Source: Planctomycetota bacterium (GTDB lineage Bacteria; Planctomycetota; MHYJ01; WSZJ01). Taken from it: a DNA stretch of 64,000 nt. The notes beneath the pieces were generated by a model. The model was not told where the DNA came from, did not search any database, and saw nothing but the letters and a program-made list of their open reading frames with translations. Position numbers and translations under genes: made by a program. Within the stretch, counting starts at the first letter, position 1; each line of letters begins with the position of its first letter. Location: positions 160,001 through 224,000 of the forward strand of contig JBBTCT010000024.1 of assembly GCA_038060895.1 (NCBI GenBank). Reading direction: 5' to 3'. Below are positions 21,435 to 30,619 of the stretch, piece after piece.

Positions 21435-22720
21435 GGCAGTCCTCGCGGCTACGCATCCTGTACGTCTCCCAGTACTTCCCTCCCGAGATGGGCGCGCCGG
21501 CTGCCCGAGTCCACGAGCTGTCGCGTGAATGGGTGCGCCTCGGGCAGGACGTAACCGTGCTGACAGGGTTCGCTCACCATCCGACCGGCGTCCTCGCGCC
21601 GCAGGACCGCGGCCGCTTCACGCGTCGCGAACGGATTGACGGGATTGACGTCATCCGGAGCTACGTCTGGGCGACGCCGAACAGAGGCACCGTGAAGCGG
21701 ATGGCCTCGTACGCGTCGTTCATGCTGTCCGCTGCGGTGATCGGGGCCGTTCGTGCGAAGCGACCCGACGTCGTGATCGCCACGTCGCCGCAACTTCTTT
21801 GCGGCTGCGCCGGATACGCCGTGGCCCGCCGCTTCAATGCACCGTTCGTGTTCGAAGTCCGCGACCTCTGGCCCGAGTCCATCATGGCCGTCGGCGCCAT
21901 GGACGAAAACGTGATCATCCGAACGCTGCGCGGTGTGGCTTCCTTCCTGTACCGCAACGCCGACCAGGTCGTCACCGTCGGCCACGGCTACCGCGATGAA
22001 ATCCACGCGCGCTATGGACTGCCTGTGGAATCAATGCAGGTCGTCCCCAACGGCGTGGACCCGAATCTCTTCGTCCCCGGACCCCGCGCGAACGCGGCGC
22101 GCGAGAAGTACGGCTGGGGGGACCGCTTCGTCGCGATGTACCTGGGCACTCACGGCATGGCGCACGCGCTGGGTTCGGTGCTGCAGGCGGCGAAGCGCCT
22201 CGAGTCGAAGCGTGACATCCTGTTCGTGCTGGTGGGCGAAGGGGCCGAAAAGGAGAGCCTCAAAGCCCAGGCCGCCCGGGAGAACCTCACCAACGTCCAG
22301 TTCATCGACCAGCAGGACAAGGAACACGTCCGCCTGCTCTACGCCGCCAGCGACGTCGGGTTGGTCACGCTTCGCAATACTCCGCTGTTCCAGGGCGTGC
22401 TGCCCTCGAAGATTTTCGAATGCCTCGGCATGGAGCGCGGGATCATCCTCACTGTGGACGGCGAGGCGCGCCGGCTGGTCGAGTCGGCGGGCGCCGGAGT
22501 GTTCGTGGCGCCGGAGGATCCGGCGGCGCTGGCGGCCGCGGTGGCGGATGTCGCGACGAATCGCGAACGCCTCGACGAGATGGGCCGTCGAGGGCGTAGC
22601 TTTGTCTTGGCGCACTACGACCGCGCGAAGATGGCCAGCCGCTACCTCGAGATCTTGCAGGGCGTCGCCCGGGGCGGTGATTTCCGCCACCGTATCCCCT
22701 TGGTATCCTCGGGGAAATGA
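21431..22720 (+). CDS. Glycosyltransferase family 4 (WbuB-like)
   Basis: SQYFPPE, TSPQL, EVRDLWPE, PSKIFE. Confidence 0.9.
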   Translation: MRQSSRLRILYVSQYFPPEMGAPAARVHELSREWVRLGQDVTVLTGFAHHPTGVLAPQDRGRFTRRERIDGIDVIRSYVWATPNRGTVKRMASYASFMLSAAVIGAVRAKRPDVVIATSPQLLCGCAGYAVARRFNAPFVFEVRDLWPESIMAVGAMDENVIIRTLRGVASFLYRNADQVVTVGHGYRDEIHARYGLPVESMQVVPNGVDPNLFVPGPRANAAREKYGWGDRFVAMYLGTHGMAHALGSVLQAAKRLESKRDILFVLVGEGAEKESLKAQAARENLTNVQFIDQQDKEHVRLLYAASDVGLVTLRNTPLFQGVLPSKIFECLGMERGIILTVDGEARRLVESAGAGVFVAPEDPAALAAAVADVATNRERLDEMGRRGRSFVLAHYDRAKMASRYLEILQGVARGGDFRHRIPLVSSGK

Positions 22721-23814
22721 CGCCCGTGAGGATCATGCACATCGTGGGCGCTCGCCCCAACTTCATGAAGGTCGCGCCGATCATGGCCGCGATGGCGAAG
22801 CTCCGGGGGGAGTTCAGGCAGATTCTCGTCCACACCGGGCAGCACTACGACCGTAACATGTCGGAAGTCTTTTTCGAACAGCTCGGGATGCCGGCGGCCG
22901 ATGAAACGCTCGGCGTGGGCTCAGGAACTCACGCGGACCAGACAGCGCGCGTGATGCAGCGGTTCGAGCCGGTTCTCCTCAGGCACAGGCCGGACTGGTT
23001 GCTGGTGGTCGGCGACGTCAATTCCACGCTCGCCTGCGCCCTCGTCGCCGCGAAGCTCGGCGTGAAGGTGGTGCATGTGGAAGCAGGGCTCCGGTCCGGC
23101 GACTGGTCGATGCCCGAGGAAGTTAACCGTGTCCTTACAGACCGGCTTAGCAACCTGCTGCTGACGCCGTCGATGGACGCCAACCGAAACCTCGCCCACG
23201 AGGGAATCGCAAAGTCGCGCGTCCGACTTGTCGGAAATGTGATGATCGATTCGCTCGTGCGCCTGCTCCCGGCGGCAAGACGGAGCCTCGTGATCAGGAA
23301 ACTCGGCCTGTCGCGCGAATCATTCGTTCTCGTGACGCTTCACCGGCCCGACAACGTCGACGAGCCCGCCACGCTCAAGGTGATCCTGTCGGCCCTTGCC
23401 GGGATGGCGAAACGGATACCGGTTGTCTTCCCCGTTCACCCCAGGACTCGGAAGGTCATCCAGGCGTACCACTTCGAGCGATCCGCCGGCGACGTCCGCC
23501 TCCTGGAACCGCTGGGGTACATGGATTTCCTGGCCCTCACGGATTCCGCGCGTGTCGTCTTGACCGATTCCGGCGGCATCCAGGAGGAGACCAGCTACCT
23601 CGGCGTTCCCTGCCTCACCGTGCGCCCGAATACCGAGAGACCGGTCACAGTAACCCGAGGCACGAATCGACTCATTCCTGCGAGCGGAATGGCCATAAAA
23701 GCGGGGTTCGAGAGGGTCATGCGCGCCCCTTGCCGGAAGAAATGCACCATTCCCATGTGGGATGGCCAGACGGCCCCGCGCATAGCGAGGACACTGGCGC
23801 GGCATGAAAGCTGA
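22717..23814 (+). CDS. wecB: UDP-N-acetylglucosamine 2-epimerase (non-hydrolysing)
   Basis: GARPNFMK, HTGQHYD, GDVNST, HVEAGLRS, TDSGGIQEE. Confidence 0.93.
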   Translation: MTPVRIMHIVGARPNFMKVAPIMAAMAKLRGEFRQILVHTGQHYDRNMSEVFFEQLGMPAADETLGVGSGTHADQTARVMQRFEPVLLRHRPDWLLVVGDVNSTLACALVAAKLGVKVVHVEAGLRSGDWSMPEEVNRVLTDRLSNLLLTPSMDANRNLAHEGIAKSRVRLVGNVMIDSLVRLLPAARRSLVIRKLGLSRESFVLVTLHRPDNVDEPATLKVILSALAGMAKRIPVVFPVHPRTRKVIQAYHFERSAGDVRLLEPLGYMDFLALTDSARVVLTDSGGIQEETSYLGVPCLTVRPNTERPVTVTRGTNRLIPASGMAIKAGFERVMRAPCRKKCTIPMWDGQTAPRIARTLARHES

Positions 23815-23820
23815 CGCTTT

Positions 23821-25023
23821 ATGGAACAACCCCCGATCCGCCTCGGAATCTTCGTCACACACCCAATCCAGTACTTCGCTCCCGTCTGGCGGCTCCTGGC
23901 AGCAAACGAGAATTTTCAACTCTCGGTCTATTTCTTCAGTGACCACAGCGTTCGCGGCGGAGTCGACCCGGAGTTCGGCGTCAACGTCGCATGGGACATC
24001 CCACTCCTGGACGGCTATGCGCACACGTTTCTCGAGCGATCCGCCGATCTCTCGAAACCCTGGTCCGTTGCTCTTCCGAATGCCCGCGAGATCCTGACCA
24101 GGGACCGCCTCGACGTTGTTCTGGTCCACGGCTACACCCACCGTTTCGAGCACAACGTGGTCAAGGCGGCGCGCAAGAGCGGCGTCGCCACGGTCATTCG
24201 CGGTGAATTCAGCGACTCGAGACCGCCTCGCGGGTGGTCCGCAATCCGAAACCTGATGAGGGACACCTTTCTGAAGCGCTTCTACCGAAAGATCGATTCC
24301 TTCTGCTATATGGGACAACTCGGGAAACAGCACCTGGAAAGGCTCGGTATTCCGGGGGACCGGATGTTCTTCGCGCCCTACTCAGTCGACACCGCGCTTT
24401 TCGAGCGGCAGAAGCAGCAATTTCAGCGCGTGCAGGTTCGCGCCGACTTGGGAATCCCTGCCGACGCGACCGTGCTTCTCTTCAGCGGCAAGCTTGTGCC
24501 CCGCAAGGCTCCCCTGCTCCTGGTTGAAGCCGTTCGTCGCCTCGGCAACCCGGAAAGTATCTTTCTCGTCCTGGTTGGCGAAGGAGAGCAGCGCGCAGAA
24601 GTCGAGGCCGCGGCGCGCGCGGCGCTGGGCTCTCGCTTTCTCATGCCGGGCTTCGTGAATCAGAGCGGGATCGGCCGGTACTACGCCGCGGCAGACGTGC
24701 TTGTTCTGCCGTCCCTCTTCGACACGTGGGGGCTCGTGGTGAATGAGGCCATGCAGTTCGGGTTGCCAGTAGTCGTGAGCGATCGCGTCGGCTGCGCGCC
24801 GGATCTGCTCGTAGAGGGGACCACCGGATACACTTTCTCGAGCTCAGACGCCGCGTCACTAGCGAAACGTCTGAACTTGCTCATCGAGGATCCGGAGCGA
24901 ATTCGGTCCATGGGACAACACGCCAGCCGGCATGTGGAAAGGTACAGCGCTTCTGCCGCAGCCGCAGGCATTCGCCTGGCGGTGCTTGACGCTTTCCGAC
25001 ACGAGGACACCTCATGCCGATGA
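23821..25023 (+). CDS. Glycosyltransferase family 4
   Basis: THPIQY, FSGKL..RK, TWGLVVNEAM. Confidence 0.9.
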   Translation: MEQPPIRLGIFVTHPIQYFAPVWRLLAANENFQLSVYFFSDHSVRGGVDPEFGVNVAWDIPLLDGYAHTFLERSADLSKPWSVALPNAREILTRDRLDVVLVHGYTHRFEHNVVKAARKSGVATVIRGEFSDSRPPRGWSAIRNLMRDTFLKRFYRKIDSFCYMGQLGKQHLERLGIPGDRMFFAPYSVDTALFERQKQQFQRVQVRADLGIPADATVLLFSGKLVPRKAPLLLVEAVRRLGNPESIFLVLVGEGEQRAEVEAAARAALGSRFLMPGFVNQSGIGRYYAAADVLVLPSLFDTWGLVVNEAMQFGLPVVVSDRVGCAPDLLVEGTTGYTFSSSDAASLAKRLNLLIEDPERIRSMGQHASRHVERYSASAAAAGIRLAVLDAFRHEDTSCR

Positions 25024-26126
25024 AGCCGGAGAGCGGGCTCGCCGATCTAGGTAAGCTGTCGAATCTGCGCCTTCTCTTCGTAGGAGAGAGCTGGCGCGGA
25101 TCCTGCGCCCGCAGCCTCCGGGAAGCGATCTCTCGGCGTCCCGACGTGGTGCTCGACGAGGTGGATGAAGACCATTGGTTCACGAAACCACGCTCGCTCT
25201 GGCTTAGAGCGGTCAACAGGCTCACGGCAGGTGCATTTCAAGGCGAGTTCCGCGAACAGGTGTTCGCTCGGGTGCGTGAATTCCGGCCTCAAGTGTTCAT
25301 GACTTACAAGGGTACCCTGACTGACGCATCCAGCTTGGCGGCGCTCAAGGCTCTCGGGCTGGTAACGGTAAACGTTTATCCTGACTGCTCCCCACACAGT
25401 TCGGGTGACTCGCACCAAAAGGCAGTGGGGGAGTACGACCTGGTAATTTCGACAAAGCCCTTTCACAAGTCGCGCTGGAAAGAAGTATATGGCTACGACA
25501 ACCGGTGTGAATTCGTCCCGCAGGGGTACGACCCTTCCCTCCACCTCGTGGAAGGACCCGCCCCTGAGTCGGATTTCGACGTCGTCATGGTTGCAACCTG
25601 GCGCGAGGAGTACGCCAAGCTGATGCAGGACTTCGCTCGGAATCTGGGCATTGACGACCTCAAGGTGGCGATAGGCGGGACCGGCTGGGCGGCCCATTCC
25701 GGCTCGTTCCCCCGCCACTGGGTGTTCCCTGGCGGACTGCACGGCCCGACCTATGTGGATTGGCTTCGCAAAGGTCGCATCTGCATCGCGCCTCTGACGC
25801 GCAGTGTCGTTTTCAAGGGGCGCCAGCAGCCCGGAGATGAGGACTCCACCCGAACTTACGAATTGGCCGCCGCTCGCTGCTTCTTCATTCACCGGCGAAC
25901 AGACTACGTAAAGTCCATTTTCGACGAGGTCACGGAAGTCCCCATGTTTGGAGACTCGGAGGAACTGGCGCTGCTCGTCAGGCGCTTCCTGGATCAGCCC
26001 GCGGAGCGCGCAAAGATGGCAGCGGCTGCCCAGCGCCGAGCAGTGCCGGCGTACTCCCTCGACATGCGTGCTGCACAAGTCCTCGACATCCTGAGGAAGT
26101 TCCTACTCGGCCAGGCGTCGCGTTGA
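25014..26126 (+). CDS. Glycosyltransferase (CgeB-like GT-B)
   Basis: YPD, GYDP, RTYELAA motifs and GT-B C-terminal pattern. Confidence 0.75.
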   Translation: MPMKPESGLADLGKLSNLRLLFVGESWRGSCARSLREAISRRPDVVLDEVDEDHWFTKPRSLWLRAVNRLTAGAFQGEFREQVFARVREFRPQVFMTYKGTLTDASSLAALKALGLVTVNVYPDCSPHSSGDSHQKAVGEYDLVISTKPFHKSRWKEVYGYDNRCEFVPQGYDPSLHLVEGPAPESDFDVVMVATWREEYAKLMQDFARNLGIDDLKVAIGGTGWAAHSGSFPRHWVFPGGLHGPTYVDWLRKGRICIAPLTRSVVFKGRQQPGDEDSTRTYELAAARCFFIHRRTDYVKSIFDEVTEVPMFGDSEELALLVRRFLDQPAERAKMAAAAQRRAVPAYSLDMRAAQVLDILRKFLLGQASR

Positions 26127-27436
26127 CCGCGTCACCTCTGAAGCGATACCACAAAGTCCTCGGCGAGGGGGCGTGGGTAATACTCGGTCAGGCCGCCGTT
26201 GTCGCCGGGGGACTTGTGGGCATGCGGTTACTTACCCACTTTGTGGCGCCCGAAGCGTTTGGCGTGGTGTCTCTCTTGCTGGGTGTGGTTATGCTTGTGA
26301 AGAACTTCACATTCATGCCGCTCGGACACGCGGGCGCCCGCTTCCTTCCCGACCTTGCGGTCGTCAACGGCGTCGGGTTGCTCCGCCGGGTCATGAATCG
26401 ATTCCTGAGGTGGAGCTGGCTGGCCGCGGGACTTGGCTTGCTTGCGGGAACTGCGTGGTGCGTGTGGAACGGTCAATCCGCCTGGCTGGCTCCGCTTGTG
26501 GTCCTGCTGTTTGTTCTCGACGTCAAGCGATCCGCGGAAGCGACCTTCATGGGGGCGGCGCGGCGCCAGAGGGCATTGAGCCTCTGGAACGTCGGAGAGT
26601 CCTGGCTACGACCCGGGCTCGCGATCGCCGCTGCCTTCTGGCTTGGCCCGTCCGCCGGGTCGGTACTTCTGGGTTACGCCGCGGCCAGCACCGTGCTCCT
26701 GCTGTTGGTCCTGGCACGTGAACCTAGCGATTCGGGCGTCGACGTCGCTGGTAAGTGGACCGAGGCAAGGCTTTCCGCCGAAATCCGGTCGTATGCCGCA
26801 CCCTTGATCCCGCTGGCCGCGATCGTATGGGCCAACACGGTCGGGGACCGGTACATCATCGGGTGGCTGCGCACCCCGGAGGAAGTCGGAGTCTATGTCG
26901 CGACGTATGGCCTAGTGAATACACCTTTCCTGATGGCGCAGGGCATCCTGACGCAGACGCTCCGCCCGGTGTACCTGCAGAAGCTCGCGGCGAATCACGA
27001 GGCAGACGCCCGCAAGACGTACGCAGTCTGGATCGGCTGCACGACAGCCGTCTGCCTAGTTGGGTTTGTGGCTGTCCTAGCGCTCAAGGACGGGATCGCT
27101 TGGCTCCTGCTCGCACCTGAGTATCGTTCCGGAGCTTTGCTCATGCCATGGATCGCGGGGGGAGCAGCCATCTACGCGGCGGGACAGGTCGTAGCTTTGT
27201 ACCTGCTGGCGCACAAGCGGTCGAGCTGGTGGGTGGCCTGTGAAGCGGCCGGCGCAGCCGTCTCAATTCCTGTGACGATCCTGCTGGTCCGGCGACACGG
27301 AGCCTTTGGTGCAGCAGTGGCGTGCCCGATCTACTTCGGCGTGACTTTCGTGCTGCAGTCAATCCTAGCAATGGCGCTTTCGGGTGCTCGCCGTGCCACA
27401 GTTGTCTCTCAGGAAGAGGCCGGCGGCGGGTCCTGA
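26123..27436 (+). CDS. wzx: Oligosaccharide flippase (Wzx family)
   Basis: About 12 TM segments, GDRYII, EVGVY, GAFGAAVA. Confidence 0.82.
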   Translation: MTASPLKRYHKVLGEGAWVILGQAAVVAGGLVGMRLLTHFVAPEAFGVVSLLLGVVMLVKNFTFMPLGHAGARFLPDLAVVNGVGLLRRVMNRFLRWSWLAAGLGLLAGTAWCVWNGQSAWLAPLVVLLFVLDVKRSAEATFMGAARRQRALSLWNVGESWLRPGLAIAAAFWLGPSAGSVLLGYAAASTVLLLLVLAREPSDSGVDVAGKWTEARLSAEIRSYAAPLIPLAAIVWANTVGDRYIIGWLRTPEEVGVYVATYGLVNTPFLMAQGILTQTLRPVYLQKLAANHEADARKTYAVWIGCTTAVCLVGFVAVLALKDGIAWLLLAPEYRSGALLMPWIAGGAAIYAAGQVVALYLLAHKRSSWWVACEAAGAAVSIPVTILLVRRHGAFGAAVACPIYFGVTFVLQSILAMALSGARRATVVSQEEAGGGS

Positions 27437-27899
27437 GGCCAGCCTGAGTTCGTTCCCTGTTTCGCCAGCTGAAACCTGGGATTGCGGAGCTGCTCAGGCG
27501 TGTCGGTGCGCCCAGCCGGGAATCGTCTCCCAAGGCCGGACCAGAGCATCCCTTCGTCGCTGTTTCCGACTGCTTGCAGGTCTTGAATGTCACGCCTGGC
27601 CTGGGCCACGCGCCATGTGCCGCCAGTTGAACAGACAAAGCTTTCGTGAAAAGCGGGGTATCCCCTCTTGGCCGGGTGAGGTGACATTGCTTGGCATCAC
27701 GGGCCGGTGGCATTTAGCTTCATTCCCGTCGATTCTTGTCCGATGGATTGAGGGAAGCTTACCCCCAGGCCGGTCCGTTGTTTTCGAGCTCGCCCACCGT
27801 CGCAAGTTACACGACGGCTCGACTGTGGCGGGGCCCTGAAGAGACCCAGGTAGAGGGGCCGCGCAGGCGCGACGGGCTGCTCTATGAGCAGGAGTTGAA

Positions 27900-28688
27900 A
27901 TGACGCTGGCCACCCTGATCACCCTTGCCGGAAAAGTCCCATTGCTGGGCTCGATACTGAGGCGCATTGCGCATTCGTACCCTGAAGGGTCGATCACAAC
28001 AATCCGCTCGGGCGTGGGGCAGGGCCTGAAGTGGCGGCGATACCACCGGTACGTTAACGGGTACTGGCTCGGCCAGTACGAGTTGCCTCTTCAGCTCGCG
28101 CTCCGGAACGCCATTTCCCCCGGTATGACGGTTTTTGACGTCGGGGCGAACGCTGGTTTCTTTTCCGTCATTGCGGCAGGCCTCACTGGACCTACCGGCA
28201 AGTGCGTTGCATTCGACCCACTCACGGAAAACGTCGCATCCATCCGCGAACAATTCGCGCTCAACGGATTCGCTCACGGGCAGGTGTTCGAGGGAGCCGC
28301 CGGGGAGGAGAACGGAAGGGCCAGTATCGCGTTTCAGGAGTCCAACAACGCCATGGCCCACCTGGGGACACCCGGGCGCGACGAGAAAGTCATCGAGGTC
28401 GAGTTACTTACCCTGGACGAAGCAATGCGTCGCTTCGGGCGCCCTCATGTCGTGAAGGTGGGCGTGGAGGGGGCGGAACTTGCCGTACTGCGCGGGGCTG
28501 CTCGACTCGTCCAGAACTTCCGCCCGACGTGGATCCTGGAAGTGCACGATCCGAATTTGTCGGGTCGGATCCGCGAGGCACTGGGTATGTCCTATGGACT
28601 CTTCACCCTTGAGGGCGACCCCATCCCGCTGGGCGATCCGTTGGCCAGCCACGTGATCGCGCGGGACAACACTTCACCTTCCTCCTGA
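27900..28688 (+). CDS. FkbM family methyltransferase
   Basis: YWLGQYE, FDVGANAG, EVH; the KxDxEG motif reads KVGVEG. Confidence 0.8.
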   Translation: MTLATLITLAGKVPLLGSILRRIAHSYPEGSITTIRSGVGQGLKWRRYHRYVNGYWLGQYELPLQLALRNAISPGMTVFDVGANAGFFSVIAAGLTGPTGKCVAFDPLTENVASIREQFALNGFAHGQVFEGAAGEENGRASIAFQESNNAMAHLGTPGRDEKVIEVELLTLDEAMRRFGRPHVVKVGVEGAELAVLRGAARLVQNFRPTWILEVHDPNLSGRIREALGMSYGLFTLEGDPIPLGDPLASHVIARDNTSPSS

Positions 28689-28727
28689 ACCCCAGGCTCG
28701 GAGCTGCCCTACGTGTACTCGTAATGA

Positions 28728-28976
28728 TCACAGGTAACCAGGCACGCCTCGACACCGCGGCCCGTGCCCGCTCATCCTCCCCACGCACCGCGCCAACGCG
28801 GCGGACTCGGCCTGGAACAGCAACTGCCCGGTCAACATCACGCGGTGATTGAACTCCTGCATCTCCCGGACGACGGCGGCGGCTTCTTTGGCCGTCGTGA
28901 CCGTGTCGAGCTTCTTCGAGAGTTCGGGCACCCGGCCGGCGAGGACCTGGTGCAGTTCGCGGATCAAATTGATCAT
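28728..28976 (-). CDS. Small hypothetical protein, possibly 3'-truncated
   Basis: ATG overlaps the upstream gene stop (ATGA); helical-looking first 60 aa, then a C-terminus that looks non-coding. Confidence 0.45.
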   Translation of the reverse strand: MINLIRELHQVLAGRVPELSKKLDTVTTAKEAAAVVREMQEFNHRVMLTGQLLFQAESAALARCVGRMSGHGPRCRGVPGYL

Positions 28977-29416
28977 TTCGGTTCTCCCTTGTCTGCGACG
29001 CGGGGGCTCTGGAGGAGCTTCGCCACGAGCGCGACCTCGTCGTGCAGGAACGCGAGCGTGGCCTCGGCGTCCACGGCCCTTCTCTGGGAAGCAGCCGTGT
29101 GCGCGTCGGCGAGGTCGAGGAGGGTCTTGCGGACTGCGGCGAGCGCCTCGAGCGCGCGATTCCATTCGGCGATTGACGCCGGCGAGAGCGCGGGCGACAC
29201 GTCGGATTCCTTGAGCATCACGAGCGTCTCGACCCGGTCGAGCTGCGCTCTTCGCGAAGCCCGGTTCACTTCGAGGAAAGCCGCGTTGCTTTCCTTCTGC
29301 ACCGCGTAAAGCCCTTTCCGGAAACTCGACAGCGATACCGGGGCGGGGGTGGCGCAGCCGGCTGCGGCGAGGAGAACCCCGGCGAGCCACAGTCGGAACG
29401 GTCCTCCCCTGATCAC
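28973..29416 (-). CDS. Hypothetical lipoprotein
   Basis: Signal peptide with lipobox AAGC, followed by amphipathic helices. Confidence 0.65.
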   Translation of the reverse strand: MIRGGPFRLWLAGVLLAAAGCATPAPVSLSSFRKGLYAVQKESNAAFLEVNRASRRAQLDRVETLVMLKESDVSPALSPASIAEWNRALEALAAVRKTLLDLADAHTAASQRRAVDAEATLAFLHDEVALVAKLLQSPRVADKGEPK

Positions 29417-29462
29417 TTCCAGATGGACCGGAGCCCCATGTCAGAAAGGAATTCGGAGGATG

Positions 29463-30608
29463 TCAACTCCATCTCCCCGAGATCCTCGAAACGCGGGCCA
29501 GCGCTTCGCGCCGGCCCGGAAACCTTGCGGGAAAAGCTTCCTGCACGCGCTCCGCGATCTCGGCGAGCGAGTTCATGCCGTCGATCAGGGAGAGCACCAG
29601 CCGGTCGATACGGACGTCGTCGTCGATGACCGGGATGTAGGCCGCGGATTCGCGCCGGAGCGACTCCAGCGTCACAGGATTTCCGTGAAACGTGGACTGG
29701 CGGAAATCCGCCTTGGGCGGCTGCCCGGGAGCGGCCACACGCGTGTCCCACCGGAACAGGTACTCGTCGCCGATGAGGCGGGCGTCGAGCGCGATGCGGA
29801 AGACATCGCCGGCGGCGACGGGAACGGGGCCGGAGAGGGGAAGGAACATGCGGCCCCAGACGAGCTCGGGCTTGTCGGGCGCGTTGGAAAAAGAAATCCC
29901 CTCGGCGAGCTCCGCGTCGAACCAGAGGAGCAGGCCGTGGGCCATGCCCGCACGCTCGGCCTGGGCGTCGAAGGCGGCGGCCACGTCGGGACTTTCGACG
30001 GTGGCGTAGTCGAGCGTGCCCCAACTGACCGGGGGGGCGAGAAGCCGAAGCGGGCCCGCGAGGTTTGTGCCCGCCAGGACACGGTTCGTCACGATCCGCT
30101 GCCCCGCGCGCAGATCGAGGACGTGCGGGCGCGCTTCCCAGGGCCCGATGCTGGCCGCGTGGTGCCCCGGGGCTTCGACGGGCGCGGCCCACAGCGTGTC
30201 GCGCTTCCCGATCAGGACGCCGCCGGGGGCCAGGAAACGCCTGCGGGCGTCAACAATGGCGGGGATGTGATACGGAGTGAGGGGAAGGAGGCCGCGCAGG
30301 TCGGACACGATGACCTCGGCGCGACCGGGCAGCTCGACGCGCGCGGATTCCTGGTGGAAGAACTGGATCCGGTCGCCGAAGCCGTTCGCGACCGCGAGGT
30401 CGCGCCCCACCTGGATCGCTTCGTTCGGCTCGATCGCCCAGACGCGCGCGGCGCCGAGTCTGCAGGCGATCAGCGACATGATTCCGGCGCCCGCGCCGAT
30501 ATCGAGCACCGTGGTGTTCGGCGTCACGACGCGGAGCAGCGCCTCTTCGTACGCCTTCATCCGGACGGCGTCCGCGAACATCCGGCCGTAGTCAACGAGG
30601 TTGTAGAT
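29463..30608 (-). CDS. PRMT/PrmA-like SAM methyltransferase with a C-terminal winged-helix (PqqD-like) domain
   Basis: MFADAVRMKAY, VLDIGAGAGI, AIE, VIVSD, HG..LWFD motifs; first ATG is 30581 but the frame extends to an ATC at 30608. Confidence 0.8.
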   Translation of the reverse strand: MYNLVDYGRMFADAVRMKAYEEALLRVVTPNTTVLDIGAGAGIMSLIACRLGAARVWAIEPNEAIQVGRDLAVANGFGDRIQFFHQESARVELPGRAEVIVSDLRGLLPLTPYHIPAIVDARRRFLAPGGVLIGKRDTLWAAPVEAPGHHAASIGPWEARPHVLDLRAGQRIVTNRVLAGTNLAGPLRLLAPPVSWGTLDYATVESPDVAAAFDAQAERAGMAHGLLLWFDAELAEGISFSNAPDKPELVWGRMFLPLSGPVPVAAGDVFRIALDARLIGDEYLFRWDTRVAAPGQPPKADFRQSTFHGNPVTLESLRRESAAYIPVIDDDVRIDRLVLSLIDGMNSLAEIAERVQEAFPARFPGRREALARVSRISGRWS

Positions 30609-30619
30609 ACGGGAGGATC

